Source: Ophelia neglecta (Eukaryota). From it: a stretch of 64,000 nucleotides of DNA. Each line of letters starts with the position of its first letter. Position 1 is the first letter of the stretch. Where the stretch lies: the NCBI GenBank assembly GCA_965285935.1, contig OZ260665.1:30690001-30754000 (forward strand), given 5' to 3'. This document shows, piece by piece, positions 1 through 15,099 of the stretch. The notes beneath the pieces were generated by a model. It saw only the letters and a program-made list of their open reading frames with translations, was not told the DNA's origin and made no database searches. A program made the position numbers and the translations under genes.

Positions 1-1849
1 GAACCGTCCTGCATGCCAAATTGTTGACGGCCGGGAATAAGTCATTCGCATAAAACTTAGACTATTCTGGAGATGGAGTCAGGTTTCTGTCTCAGGGAAG
101 GAAGAGGGCGATCAAGGGGGAGGGGGGAGGGGAATGGGAACGGATGGCTACATTGATTGCATCAGGTGAGGTGGCAGCCACAGGGACTGTTTTAGGGAAC
201 AGGTGCGGGTGGGGGTGGGGTGGTGGTGGAAGAGTGCTCGCTGTGAGGCGTGCAGCGGGTTAGGTGGTTAGATACAGGCTTAGTCTCTACCTAGTTTATT
301 TTTGGCCCATTCTGCTAATTATCAAATTATGATATTCAAGTAATTATGTCTTTTGCGCCTGGATATGGTACAGCATGTATAAATTATTTACAATTCAAGT
401 GCTATATTTACGTGTTATATTTTGTACCCCCCTGTTTGACTTTCACTGACTGCACCCCTGAGCCTCAAAGTTAACTAACCAGTTGAGTTTCGATGGGACG
501 AATTAATCGCTTTTTATAACCAGACGGTGGAATAGGCACATAAAATGAACATATAATCTAATTTCTGTGATCAGTGCGAAATCGACGCAAATATAGCATG
601 AGCGCACGAAAGTCATTTCAGACTGTGATTTTGCTAGGCAACTGGTTTGCACATTTTAACTGAAACGCCCTTCCCACTAGATTTTGCTTTTATGACACTT
701 TAAACACGGTATGTTGTTAATGTGGAGTCAAACTTAAATCAAAATCAAACTTATCCTGTTTTAGTTTGCAACATGTAATTTTCCGTTAAATTTGATCAAA
801 AAATTTCAACATTGTCTTAGACCCGTTAGTAATGGTAGATTTTACATTCTCAAACTATAAAATAACCTTAGTATGGACACTTTAGTATAATGGATTAGCT
901 CGAACGTATTTTCATTTTTTTTTGAGAAAGTTCAATTAGCCCGACATGCCACATTCATGAAAAGTGCCATTTGTATAGCCCTGGCTGCAAGGTTTTGAAT
1001 AAAACAAAAGTTCTCCAATGCAAAACAATGCGCAGCATTTATCACTCGGTAATTAAACGTCACTCAGTTGCGAAGTTTGGTCGAAATGAATGTCGAATGA
1101 AATCTTCTTACTGTTTTTGCTCCAAATGCAATTAGAACGCCTCAGTTCGATCTATACAGACTGTCTGTACGCTTGAAATAACTTCAATCTCCTCCGCCCA
1201 CAGCTTTGACCCGAAAATAACCAACCGATTATTTTACGACATTGATTGGTAATGAGAAGAAATATCATTGTTAGGTTCCTACGGCCTATTAAACAAGGGC
1301 CAAATGTACCTTGAACCGAATGTATAAATACAACAAATTGTCACCAAATTCCACTTCGTCTGCTTAAAGTTAAGTTCTTATTGCCACCAGAAGTGTCGCG
1401 TTGGGGGATGTGTATGGCGTCCTGCTCGTTAAAATATCAAGGACGTGATGCATCCGTTCATGTTAAATGCGACATAGGACATTTTAGGACATTTACACCT
1501 TTTTGTTGCTTAGTACCGGAGCTGGCTTTGTGGTCACTATTTGGGTTGGATCTGTGGCGCAATGGCGCTGAGACCTTAAACATTCTAATGCATTATACCA
1601 GCCCCAGGAAGTCTGGAGAATTTCGAGCATGAAATTCTCAAAATCAGTCAGAAGTCAGTGTACGTAAGATACTGCTGTGCTGCTTACTTGCTTACTTGAA
1701 TTTGTACGAATATAACGAATATATTCATGTGGCCCCGTTTTCTAAGGACCTGCAAATTGATTTTTGCCACCGAAACATCACTTCTTTTCTTCACATTTTA
1801 TTCATTTATATGACAGATTTGAGCGGGATATATTATTTCCCCATCTAAA

Positions 1850-3000
1850 ACATCAGGGCGCCGGAACACGGCATGGCATACTGCGCTGGTCAAAAGCCCG
1901 CAGGACAAGGGTCATTTGGGTTGTGAGCCAATTTGCATTCGCCATATGAGCGCGTCAGGCATGCACTTGATCAGCGAATCAGTGCTTCAAATAGTTTCTT
2001 TATTCAGTGACTGTTTCCAGACTTTATTGGGCTGGTATAACTTGCCTTTAAGTCAACACCAACAAGGTCCTTATTTTAGAGCATTCACGCGTCTTTTGCC
2101 GAAAGGCTTTATAAGAAAGTGTTGAGGCTCGGCATGACAAGATGAAAAATCTCCTTTTTTTTAACTTCAGGCCATAAATTATTATTAAAGACATCTCCAT
2201 CTCAACAAGGTCATATTCTATGCGATCATAATTCAAAAGTACCTCAGCTGGATAACTGGCTGTTTACTATGCGTGGAAGTCTTTTCCATAAACAAGTAGT
2301 CTCTATTTGGGAGAGGTCGGCAGTAGGGTATCGTTCACTTGATATTCTCGCCACCGTTTCTCTACTTTTCTGTAATTTTAAACCTGTATTATTCCTGATC
2401 CTCCGTTTCGTTTGTGTTTTGTTTTTACAACAAGCCGAACTTTGCAACGAGATGCAACGCTTGACCAAACTTATCGCCTTCATTTTTCAGCGACGCTTAA
2501 CCCGGTTTCTTATGTTGGTACAGGCGTTCGATATTTGAAATTCACAACACCGGTCTTCCTGATTAATGTGACTATTTCTATACACATGCATGCTTTAATA
2601 AAACCTGGTGAATTATTAGCTGAAGGCAACGATTTTACCAGAAACTCTCTCAAATTCAGCTGGCAGATATCCATATAAACTCCAGTTACACAAATTGAAT
2701 TTGCTATAATATGCATGCCAGTACTTGAAACCAACTATTCAGACAGCAGTCTACTTCATTTAAAAGGAGACTTATAATAAATGGGGGCAATGGGCTGTTA
2801 CCAACACCAAGCAGCTTTTTCACCCTCCGTTTGAGGATGGAGCAGACGGCCAAACCATAAATGTCGTTTATTAATGGGAAAGACGGCCCCTTCTTATCCA
2901 TTACACATATTGAATCCTGGACTAGTCGACGACGTCTATGTTTTTGGGAGTAAACAAACTCTTTGAGGTATTTTGTTATATCTCGCATATATTGAGTGAA
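1850..3000 (-). mobile_element. Highly decayed Gypsy-like pol (RT C-terminus/RNase H) relic
   Basis: Broken minus-strand frames give, in the expected order, NLREFLV..NNSPGFIK (cf. LRSFLG..NYY.KFI), NYDRIE..L..IIYGLK (cf. NY..IE.E.LAIV.GL.K) and HMANANWL (cf. HANADAL). Many stops/frameshifts; boundaries approximate. Confidence 0.35.
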
Positions 3001-3739
3001 TTCCAAAATGTTGGTTCGGCGATGCCTTCATAGGGGTGGGAGGGGAAGGGAGGGGAGGGGGGGGGGGGGGGCAAATGAGGAATATATCCAGGTGTCGGGA
3101 AGAATTCTACCTGACACACTTTAGATCTGCGGCTGCTCCATCAAATGCGCTATATAGGTTGTTGATGGATAAAACCGGAAATTAATTCAATTTTTATGTA
3201 CAATAATAAGACTTACCGACAACTATTTATTATTTGGCCCTTGTGTGAAAAATTCAATCTTTAGTACGAGATAAAAAGTGCACTTATTAGTACAGATGAT
3301 ATTTAATTTACCGTTTTTAAAGTGTTTTGATGGCGTTTGTAATTTGACTTGACTGCATCAGTGTGATTTATATGCCTCTTCAGTTTGATTAGTTGTCTTT
3401 CATACAAGCTTCATGCCCCGCCCAGTGGTGAATGGTCAGGAATAATATTAACCAATTAGTCAAGGTGTCGAGAATCTTTGAGTCGCGTTGTCGATATAAG
3501 AAGATCGTGATTCTCGACTTCTCCTTCAAGTGATATTGAAAAAAAGACATCTGCCTGTGCTGTTCAAAGTATTTAGCATCAACCACCAAGATACACCAGT
3601 GTTAACTCAAGACGAATTGAAGTTGTCCCTAAGTCAAACTGGACAGGACAATTTACGTATTTAACGTTTGCCTTCAAGTTGTATGAAAGGCAAACTCTCC
3701 TCAAATTGAGGTGGCATATTATTTGGATTTAGGAACAAT

Positions 3740-4800
3740 CGATCGACAGATTTCTATGGGTAGACACAATCTCTGCTGCAATTAATGATAGCGACTTTGA
3801 CCTAAGCCTTTTTCACGACATTTCAAAGGCTTTCGACACTGTCGACCTCAAAATTAGAATACATCAGCTTGAGGTATATGGTATCAGGGGTGTAGCCCTA
3901 AACTGGATATCTAGTTATTTAGTTATATCAATTGGATATTTAGTTATCTAGTTATATATCTAGTTATATAGGCATCAATCGTTGCAGGAAACATTTCTGA
4001 TCCACTTTCGTTATCCTGTGGGGTCCCCCAATGCTCTCTTCTGGGACCATTATTGATTTTACTTAACGTCAATGACATTTCAAATATTTTAGAGAAATCT
4101 GTTTTTCCTATTTTATCAATGAAATGCATTCTATAGTGAATATAGAGATGGAAAATCTTACCATCTGGTTTCTGGCAAACAAACTCACTGTAAACGTGAA
4201 TAAAACTAAATTTCTGATTTGTCTGATCTGGGAAGAAATGTCCTTCTTTTCACATTGACTGTATCGTTCACCTTGTCATAAAAGGTCTAAAAATTCATTA
4301 AATCAAATCAACAATATTCCTAGGGGTTATAATTTTCTGTAATTCGACATGAAAGCATTATAATCAGTACATTAGGGGCAAAGTTTCGCGTGGTCTGTGC
4401 ATACCGAGTAAGGCTAGAAGTATTTAAATACCCCAACAGTATAAACATTGTTTCATCTATCCTTCCCTTGATTATTACCTGGAAATCTGAGGAGGTATAT
4501 TTTCTTCTTATCTTGACCCACTAGTTAAATTGAAAAAATATCAATACGTATTATAATCGGTTGTCTTAGGAATTTCCCTCTCAACAAATGTTTAATAAAC
4601 TAAAATTATTCCACTTAGTTCGTTGTTTACTTAGAATTTACAGGTTTTCATGTATAGAATTTTACATGGCTTGGTCCCGGATTGTATGAAATGTATATGT
4701 TTGGTTAATGACAAAGTTCATGAAGACAACACAAGACAATCCAAGCACATTCATAAGCCAATTGTACATTCGCATATTATAATAAGATGTATTTCACACT
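3740..4800 (+). mobile_element. Decayed CR1/L2-group LINE reverse transcriptase fragment
   Basis: Hand translation gives [31 protein letters not shown] (~3805-3920), SCGVPQCSLLGPLL (~4014-4055), WFLANKLTVNVNKTKFLI (~4166-4220) and FLGVII (~4317); interrupted by stops and indels. Confidence 0.75.
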
Positions 4801-7800
4801 AGGCTAAGTCCTATAATTGTATGCTTGAATCTGTAAACTATAACTTTTCTATTCATTGTTTTCGACGGGAACTTTTCTCTCCAACTCCATCCATTTTCAT
4901 TATCAGTCCAGTTATAGCTGACATTTCAATAGGTATACGTGACTATCTTGGCACCCACACTTGTATTATTCGTTTCTTTTCTGTGGAAACATGTTGTTCA
5001 CCATTTTGTTATTTTAATGAGATACCGGCTTATAGCACGGTTTGTAAATACTTTCTCATATCTTATTTCATTTTCAGTTACACATATTTCGATGATCTTA
5101 CTTTGGTTTATAAGTTTTCCTACCGCATATCCATTTCACTTTACGTAGAAATATTATTACTCGAAGGCAGATAACCATTGGCTTCATCACCCTTTTCGTT
5201 ATTCCTATATTGACATTCAAGTTAAAGTCTCTATTAACATATCTTGCAACTATTCTTGTGTTTATTATTGGATTATTTACTCCTAGAGTCACATATGCAT
5301 TCTTTGTCCTTTCCAGTAGCAATATACTTTCTCACTTACTTACTTATGAAGCTATAGGGCATGTCATGTACATTCTTGGCCTAACCCAGGCGGCCTTTTG
5401 CCAGTGATGTCACCATCTCTTTCCTACGTTGACCACTACAAAAACTGTTAGTTTTGTTCTCGGACTCGCTTCCTGTAAAAGCCTACCCACTTGATAAAGA
5501 TTATTTGAACCCCCTCCCCTTGTTTTATTAAATGATTAAAATCAGGTGCCCCCTAGTTATAATAAAAAACCTACATTTTCTATCCAGCTTCCCGCGATTT
5601 TGAACTCATATGCCACCTACTTTTGGGCCTGGTGAAAAGGCATCCCCCCCCCCAACAACCTTCCCTGTTTCAATATCTGCTTACACCCCATGCGAATGAT
5701 AAAGTTTCAATGCCGCCCCCTCCACCTCCCCCTGCCCGCCAATAAAAAATGGACTACTCCTTATATAAAGATATGATCAATACAACAAATCTTATTTGAC
5801 AGTGTGTCCTGTTTCCAATACTCTATGTGGTTCATATTTATCAATATGATTTGGCAGCAGACACCTTAATATCTTCGTATCCTGCATGCTAGAACAACCT
5901 AAAATGTTCCTGTTGGTTCATTTTTGAAGTAATTTGTCACTCGGGAAACAGATTTACTGTATGATTCCCACTCCAATTGAGTTCGGACATTATCAAATAT
6001 TTCCTCCAATTTCGAACTATTTGCCTCACCGGAAATACATACTTTTTGGCGGGGGTGTTTTGTTTCCATCAACGACGCGTGGTGATAAGAGGCGAACAGT
6101 GTTGATGCTTTGAAAACTGGGCCGATACAAGTATAATTTATTACTTGACATACTTTGCGCACCCCTGTCCTTGTCTGTTTAGCCTTCCGTGGTTTGTTCA
6201 GATACTGTTTGGGTGAATGAAGCATGGAACTGAGTAACTAAACCTCACATATCAGTTGAGTACTGGGTCCGCCAAACAGCTGTATAAATATATTGTGTCG
6301 TTGAAAAAATAATTTCAGCTGCATGTTGTTGAAAAACATTTGTTGGCCATGGATTTATGTTGCTGCTAGAGAATGATGATAACTGTTACTCGAGGCACCA
6401 GTCGGAGAAATAAAATCTTCTAAATGTTCAGCATATTTACCCCAAGTCGTAAAGCTTTTGCTGTGGTGATTAACAAATACGCGAGCATAAAAAAAGTTTC
6501 AAATAAAGATGATTATAACTAGACAAGTATTACGTAAACTGTGATCACAACCCGGCTCGTAAACAATGAATACTGTGCTCCAATCTTCAGAGCATGAATG
6601 TGCAAAAATGAACACACTAGAAATTTATATACCGTTTTATTCGATTTCTGAGCCAATTGCTGGTACCTGAAACCAAAAAGCTCATAATTGCATGTATATT
6701 TCAAAAAGAAATGTTGTTTGATAGTAGATTTAATATGTATAAAAACACAAAACAAAATTACCACATGACTCGCAATCGGCACAACCTCTGTTCAAAGCAA
6801 TGTTATTTGTTTGCATTGTAACGAATTGCATACTAACTCCAAATATCCCCCCGTCTTGCTGCTTGCTAGGGAACATAAGAGAAGATAAATTCAATGAAGC
6901 TCTTACTCTCTCAGGTCTGAAACTATAAGTATGAGTATAGGGAAATGAGGTTGGTTCTTTGGGCATACTGGAAAACATGATACAAGTCGGAAATACCGGA
7001 TACACAGATACAAAAATAAGAAAGAGTTGGGTTATACCAGGTTTAGGGGTAGGGTTAATCTAGCAACCTAAGTGAAACATTCCTTACTTAACCCTTCACC
7101 CTAACCCAAACGTAGTCCACATGGTTACGTTTTAAACACCTCGTATATCGTATCTGTGTTTCATAACTGGTATTTCGTATAAAGTTTACCAGTAGGCCGA
7201 TGTACAAAGAATAGTAGTCGTCTGGAACCAAAATGGTTCCTATAGGGATACTCGTTCTATAACAAACAGTCCTTTTAATACATGTCCGCAGGACAACCAT
7301 ACTTTCGGGATGAAATTTATCCACGGGAAATATTGTCCCCCTATGCCGCTCAGGGTGAGACTCTGAGAGGGGACAATACAATCCAGGAGATAAAATCCGT
7401 TAGGCATCTATACCAAGAGGGCATTTCGTCCTAGTTTCCAATGTCCTCTTGGACTATATCTTGGACTGTATCTACTAGTATTGAGTGTCTCAGTGGACTT
7501 TTCTCCCTAGTATTCACAGTCTGGGGGACTATGAGTACAGGGGTCAATTAATCCGGTTACACCGGCACTTTGGGGTGTTACAGGGTTCCTAGTTATCGGT
7601 TCAGCAATTAAGTAACTATCCCGTCTGGTTTTACATACCAGCTCCTGTTGACTGTGTTAGAACAAAATTGTAATTAACTTGGCTTGCCTGGAAGAAAACT
7701 ATAATCTTGATTCTTTTTATTACGTTCACCTCTTTGCCGAACGCAGGGGTGGTTCTGATCGAGTGCAGATACTTAATTAGCAAAGCTACTCTGAAGGAAC

Positions 7801-8089
7801 CCAGGGATTTGTAAACATATTACGTGCTTAAGCTGTTTTGACATTGCTAACCTTCAGCCCATGCATCGCAGGGAATCGAAAATATATCGCATGGCTGCCT
7901 GGTATGGTATTTGTTGAATTTAAAAAAGAATGATAATTAATACTATGTCGTAGATAAGTAACGTCAAATTATCAGCTATGATTGTTCACTTATCTAACAT
8001 AGTTCATATACTAGTAAATACCACCTTTCTGCTCTAGAAAATCAGCGATAGAGGTAAGACGACAAATGTAACCGCAGTACAGCCACCTT

Positions 8090-8520
8090 CTGGCCATGCC
8101 ACCACCTCTAGCCCATGACACCACCTCCTACCCATGCCACCACAAGCAGCGCATGCCACCTCCTCCTACCCATGCCACCACAAGCAGCGCATGCCACCAC
8201 CTCCTACCCAGGCCTTACTCCAGGCAAGGCAAGAAGCTCCTACCCATGCCACCACCTCCTGCCCCGTACCCCAGGCAAGGCAAGGACCTCCTACCAATGC
8301 CACCAACTCCTGCCCCGTACCCCAAGCAAGGCCAGGACCTCCTACCCATGGCACCACCTCCTGCCCCGTACCCCAGGCAAGACCAGAACCTCCTACCCAT
8401 GCCACCACCTCCTGCCCCGTACCCCAGGCAAGACCAGAACCTCCTACCCATGCCACCACCTCCTGCCCCGTACCCCAGGCAAGGCCAGGACCTCCTACCC
8501 ATGCCACCACCTCCTGCCCC
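8090..8520. repeat. C-rich minisatellite: ~5.6 copies of a 51-bp unit (8237-8520) preceded by related ~36-39-bp units
   Basis: Unit ctcctacccatgccaccacctcctgccccgtaccccaggcaagaccagaac recurs at 8237, 8288, 8339, 8390, 8441 and 8492; it explains the overlapping repetitive ORFs in five frames. Confidence 0.95.
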
Positions 8521-11469
8521 TAACTCCAGCCCAGCCCAGCCCAGCCCCACCTGCCCAATGCAACCCCCTGCAGCTCTTGTTACCATTTCCAGTTCGTGCC
8601 ACTACCTCAGGACTGCCCATCCTACCTCCTCCTAGCCATATCTGCTGCCCGACGTGCAGCAATCGTAATTAAAGGAGTCCGATTTGCTACCTCAAACATA
8701 CCCTTACCTCCGATCAGAATGTCACAAGGGCAAAGCGGTTGCACAACCTTCACTGCATTTTTCTGTATTTGTTTGACTGCTAAATGTTTAAAAAAAACTC
8801 AAATTACTATTTATGTGTTAATATTTGCCCATTTCTACCGTTAACAAAACGATTACTTCAAGCTTGAAACGCAACCAGTTGTTTTTCCTTTTCGTAAACA
8901 ACACGAGCTTAAGCTTTTCCTTTTGCAAGATACAACGGGCCTGATAAAGCTTTTAAAACAATATTTGCAGAACCTTATTAAGATCAATGAATACGTATAC
9001 ATGTATGCTAAGTATAGGTTATATTGCTCTTCATCAGATCAGACCTGCTTGGTGGTCAAGGAAACGTCACTCTGGAGATTGTCTATAAAGGTTAATCAGG
9101 TTGTAACAGGCCTGCCCCGGGCTTTATGTATACACACTTGTCTGCGAGATTAGTCGGTGTTTGCTGTCGTCAGTAAAACAATATCCTTTCCAGACCTCCA
9201 GCAAAAACCGGAAGTGAATGTCGTCTGCGGGACCTTTATCATGACGGCCATGTCTGCCGGCGACATCTACCAACTCCATCAAAGATTGCTTCCACTTGAG
9301 TTATCGGAGGTTTAGCTTGTCCAGGAGAAAGCCAACGGAAACACAATTAAAGAGGCTGACCAGAACAACGTGGGAGGCATTAGAAAACCACACGTGTACC
9401 ATATAAAATGCATATGACAATTGATGTGATGAATTTGATACGGCTGTGAATAAGGGAACGGAGATTGGCAGACGAGACTGATGTAATTCTAGGTCGTTTG
9501 TTATTTACTGACAGTGAAGTTAACCCGATGAAAATTCTTTGAAACTGATCCACCAGTCGACCAACAAACACAACAAGTCTTTCTATAGCAGTACATTAAC
9601 CTTGGCTTGTATAAATTTGCTACACACCATGTTAATGATTATTTGAGGTTTTTCGCTCGTTCATCTTTTTACTTGGCACAAGGAGATCAATAATAGAGGG
9701 CATGTTATCACAAACTCATTCGATCATATGTGGCACTATATATAATGCTCATGTTTAATCAATATTTTTTCTGTATACCTAAAGTTATCGGTGTGCCATT
9801 TCTGCTATCTGCCTCTGTCAGAATCTGAAGATTGACTCGTTGGTTATACATGTATTTAAGTCGTGTATACTCGATGTATTCGGTTCTGGTCTCCTTTCCT
9901 ATTTCAGCCAGTGTCAGATAACGATTGCCAGAGGCGGATTCAATGGCTAGTCTATTTGTTAAGATGGAGAACCACCGACCACACCACCCTCGCTTATCGC
10001 ACTTGTAATCCTGAAACTCAAACATTACTTAGTGGTCCTTCCTGCGGTAATGGGTAGAACTAACATCTCACTGGCGGATCGAGAACGGGACATGGGGTCA
10101 GCACCATTTCCTTTTTAAAAGTGTTCCATGGAGGATGTCGATGGTGTTTACTCAGTGGTCCGTCCCAGAGACGGGACTGAGGCCTAGCTCCGAGTTCCTG
10201 CTCGAATAAGACTCTGATTCCACCCCTTTCACCATTATAGCGGGAAGGGTGGGGTGGGGATGGGGGACGGGGTAGTGTGTTGCGGGTCTCCTCTTGCTAA
10301 GTCTTGTTGTCCTTGTAAACAAACAGGGCAAAGCCAGCAGTTCCTGCTTGTGTTAGAGCAAATGTCGGTAGACACAGCAATAACACTTGACCTCTTTGTT
10401 GGATGTCCATTTTATTGGTGTAGATTACAGCAGCGTTAGCTGGCCTCCAATAGGCCTATTAATATGTATTCTACTCAGTGGAACCAACAAACAAATGACA
10501 ACAAACAATTTGTTCTTCTATTTGTGCAAAGAAGTGCATTATTTCCCCTGCCAAAAGCATGCTATGTCGGTGTCAATTGTTTTATTCTTTTGGCAGCCGG
10601 CTAGCGGAAAATAAACTGTTTCTGGCAAAATGAATAGAATGATCAGCATGTTTGTTGGCTTTGACAGACTTGTTATGATCTAGAGCAGGAGTGCATGAAA
10701 CGGAATGATTGCTGAAAAAGGATTCAATTGACGGAGTTCCATTTGCTCCACTGGCTGCAATATTGCAATACATGCAGGAAGTTGGCGTTGTTCGATTGAG
10801 CTTTCCCTCACATTGGATTCCTTCCTTGTAGGTCCTGTAATGTGTAAGATAGAGCACAAACTTCATACATAAAAGAAATATACTCTACATAGTGCCTTAA
10901 TTCGATTACAGCTTACAGTGGGTTCACGGTAGCAAGACATGATTTTCAGTGTCTCCCTATTCATGTAGTTATTAGATTAGAAAACAGGGTCTTTGACTGG
11001 ACTGTCCAACATAAACTTCATTAACGCCTAACCGCATCAACGGCACCATGCTGGATAATGTTTCGGTGTTGAATTTAATGCAATGAACAGTTTGCCATCA
11101 ACTTTTTATATTTTTTCTCATAATTACAACAGCGGCGTTTTGTGACATTACTTCCTATATATTTATCTATATAGATCTTAATCTGGAGTATAAGTTCCTG
11201 AGGGCATAGACGGTTGTTGTTCAATTTGGTATAATCTACGACCAGTAGTGAGGGCGGTGAATGGATGAATGGGTTCATCCTTCACCGGCTGGGCCATTAT
11301 ACCGACAGAACAATGACTCCCTGTTCATCCAATTGACCGTAGATACACACAAAATAAATGAAGTTTCCCGAATTGCCCGTACTATATTGGCCGAGTACAA
11401 TCAACGAACGGTGTTTACAGAATGATGGCTAGGGATTTCTTTTCCGTCTACATGTATGACATTCACAAG

Positions 11470-11720
11470 ACCACAGTATCTTATTAACATTGTCACCACC
11501 ATTAGTATCTTTTCTACCCCTTTTTACCATAACCACTACCCCCTATTAACATTACAACTACCCCGTATTAACGTTGTCTAAAGCATTATCACCACTTCTT
11601 ACTATAATGATCACTGCACATCAGTAACATTATCACTACCCTTTATTAACATTAAAACTACCTGTTATTGGCATTTTTGCATCCCCATAGTATCATTATC
11701 ACTACCCTTTATTATTGCTT
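11470..11720. repeat. Degenerate short-period tandem repeat (attaacattatcactaccc-like)
   Basis: Repeated variants such as attaacattgtcaccacc, attaacattacaactaccc, agtaacattatcactaccc and agtatcattatcactaccc. Confidence 0.7.
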
Positions 11721-11759
11721 ATTATGAATGAACTAAACAGTTAGGAGTAATGATTCAAA

Positions 11760-13800
11760 ATGTATGTAATGCCTTAATTGTTCTCTTTCATTGGTGATGC
11801 CGACCATGGGTTCTTTTGTAATACATTCATACATAGGATGGCTTTGGTATTATGATTTTGTAAGACAAAGTGTTTGGACTAATCCATTGTCAAAGTCAGT
11901 ATCTTAGGATTGCACTTAACAGAGTAACGCATTCTAATAATTTTCTTAACTATCAGGTCTCTCGCAATTGGCAATAACGTTACCACTATAGACTACTAGA
12001 CCTAACTGACCTTATTGATACCCCCTTTTCTAAGTATCATTGCTTAACATGCAAACATATGAATGTGTAGTTGCCTGTAACTGAAGATAACGTAAGCTGG
12101 ATGGTATGTATATAGTTTTAAACAAATATCCAACCATTCTAGGCGCATTTTTCCAATGTTTGCGAGTCGCGTTACAACTGTGATTGCCAGACTGTCTAAT
12201 TGAAAGTAGTTACCCGCGTAGCCTACATTCTCGGATCAAGGGGTAAAATGCAGTTTCTAAATAGATGCAATGTTCATTTTCTGAGAGTATTTGCCAAGTG
12301 TCTATGGTTACAGCTTGCAGTTGCTTGAGTATCCCGTCCCTTCCAACAGCTCACATGCCTATCTCCCCACGATCTCATTTTGACACCAGAATACACTCCA
12401 AGGGCCAGCTGCCATAATGATATACACTCGTAGGGCCAGCTGCCATAACGATACGAGGGAATCACGGTGTCCGACTCATAAAAATTCGACATGGTTCAAG
12501 GCAAATCATGTTGTGAATTCTCGGTACTCATCTGCAGTGAGCATTTGGTCAAGTAGGGAAGGAATTCTATACCATTAGATCATATGAAGATAGGAATTTG
12601 TCATTAATCGTAAATATATCTTTCTTGCATTCTAGAAGGGTGTGCTTCCATACAACTGACGCTTGAATAACAGATGCAAGAACACAGGAAAATGGCAAAT
12701 GTTGGCAATTGCCATTTCCTAATCCCAGCTTTTTATACACTGACTTACAAATAGCCGGATTTTGCTTGAATCCTCAACTTCATATTTCAGAGCATTATCT
12801 TTCTATCTCGCTTTTCTGTCGCAGTGGTAAATATGCCTCGCTGCGCTTACAAGATAACCTTGTCAAACTGTTTTGCAATGCATCTTAAGAGTAAATTCTT
12901 CTTCAAATCCACTTACCGCCAGGCAAATTCTGTTTTCCACTGCACAAGGAGGTTATATTTTCATTTAAGATAGTTATTTATATACAGGTTACAAATATAT
13001 GTAGATGGAGGACCATCTTATAACCGAGTGTGCATGCCTATCAGCAGTATTTATTAGAATGAACCAAGGAAAACTTTTAGATAATTTCAGTGATTGGTTG
13101 CGAATTTCTATCTTATTATTCTGTCGTCTGAACCGTATTTATGCAGATGATGTTATAACAATAACATGGCTATCCATCAATTTAAGGTTATGTGGTTGGT
13201 TAGAAGACATTTTTATCCCATACTCAGGACAGCTTTAGGTATTTCATTGCTAATTTGTCAGGCCATGTCCAAGTTTATGAAGCAGACGTTGCTCTGACGC
13301 GGCTTTGGGCAGCAACCTACTTGACATTATTCTTATGTTAGCCTATAGTATTATTGCTCCTCATAATCCCCAGATTGGCAAGGGCTAAGTTTATGGGCAA
13401 ACTGATTTCAAGGACACTGGCATATGCTTACTAAAAGATAATCGTGCCCACTCTTTGGGGCTATACTCTCGAGTCTTCTGGCGTGTTCCAGTCGCTCAGA
13501 CTCTTTAACAGTGTCCATGACCTCAATCAAGACATCATTCTAATTTGAGACACAATGGTCTCAGCTTGACGCCTTACCAGTCTCGTCTGCTGATTAGTGC
13601 AATCTTCTGTAATGGGCAGATACAAGGTGTAAAAGTACTAAGTACAATGGCCAATTGTTGTGGGCTGTCCAAGGCAACACGTGAAATCCATGTACAAGTC
13701 AAAAGTCTAGTTCGCAGACAAACACTTGGCGATGATTTTTCCTGGCCCTTGGGGGGAATTGTTGACTATCAAATCGGATAGCCGTGGCTTCTACTAGAGC
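11760..13800 (-). mobile_element. Highly decayed RTE-like LINE relic
   Basis: Weak, correctly ordered minus-strand traces of endonuclease C-terminus (~13750-13440), RT (EYREF.. ~12530) and a C-terminal W...ITNE motif (~11810-11790). No intact ORF. Confidence 0.35.
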
Positions 13801-15099
13801 AACTGTTGAACGGCAAGTCAAAAGCAATATATCGACAGAAGCGACATTTATCGCTCTTTCATACGATGTACAATGTTTAAGAATTTATGTGTGAATATTC
13901 TGATCGTTAGGCAGTGTCCGATTTAAGAACCTCTTTCCTAGGACGACCGGAGTGAGGTACGGTCATTTGTTTCCAGCTGGGTTACCTTACTCTAGGTGAA
14001 AACTGTTTTCGAGGATTATTTCAAAACTGGCTATGAATGAAAACCTTATACATCTGCACCCATCAGATATCCCCTTCAAGTTATTGCTTGTATTCTTAGG
14101 TACCCCACACAAAAGTAATAAAAAAAGGTTTGTCGAACCGTAAATTGTAAAAAAGGTTCTTTCGATGCCTTTGCACAATAGTAAATACATGCAGAGGGGC
14201 ATTTTATATGCGCGTATGCTAGTTGCAATGCATTCCATGCATTTCCTTTCAATTTACAAATAAATGCTAACTAGCTTTGAAACTGCGGTTAGGGCTGTTA
14301 TTGTCCATGTTTAAAAGATATCGCATGATAAAGCTAGTTTCGAATTAAACCTCTCGTTTAAGAAGGGGGGATTCAAAATTGTAATTATTACATGCACAAA
14401 TATTGTTTAAGATGCATTTAATCAAACATTCGTATTTATTATTGAAAGACAAGGTATTTATTGCTTACAAAATTGTTCCACAAACGGACGGTTGCAATGA
14501 TGGCTAGAAAGAGAGAGAGAGACAGAGAGTTTCTTTAATGATTAACCTACCCACGAAGTTCATTTTCTGACATAGAGGCTGACAGCCGTTGGAGTTACAG
14601 GTATTTGCAACAGAGGTAGATGAATTGCATTCCCTATCAAGTCGGAGAAGTGTCTTTGATAAAAAATCGGCTAAGCGTACTCTGTAGATTTGCCCCTATG
14701 ATGAGCAACCGAAGCTCATCGCCATTCAATCAACCCAATCGACTTCTTTATGTACTGTGTGTTAACTGGCGGATCCAAGGAGCCGAGGGGTGCTGGTTGA
14801 GCCGTGACCAGGCATTCATGGATGTAACCGTCTCTTTCCTATTTGTTGCTCCTCGTGTTTCTCGAGAATGTGAACTGATTGGCCCATTGAAGTTTGTGGG
14901 TTTTAGCCTACAGACTTCCATTAGGAGGGGACATCTCACTCTAGCCTCTATAGATTATTAAATCGACCCCTTTGCCGAAAATCAAAGATCTCTCAGTGGG
15001 GTCGCACAATAGGACCCCCTTTGTACAGAATCCCAGATCCCCGAGTGGGGTCTCATAGTATGCCCAGTTTTAGACAATAGACGTTACTTTGGTGGATGG

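Noticed and set aside
7040-7108. Telomere-like ttaggg/ccctaa inverted pair
   Set aside because: Only two or three imperfect units per arm; typical of small repeat-element hairpins, not an interstitial telomere.
8237-8520. CRISPR-like appearance of regular repeats (also 42530-43900)
   Set aside because: Head-to-tail units without unique spacers, eukaryotic context, no cas genes.
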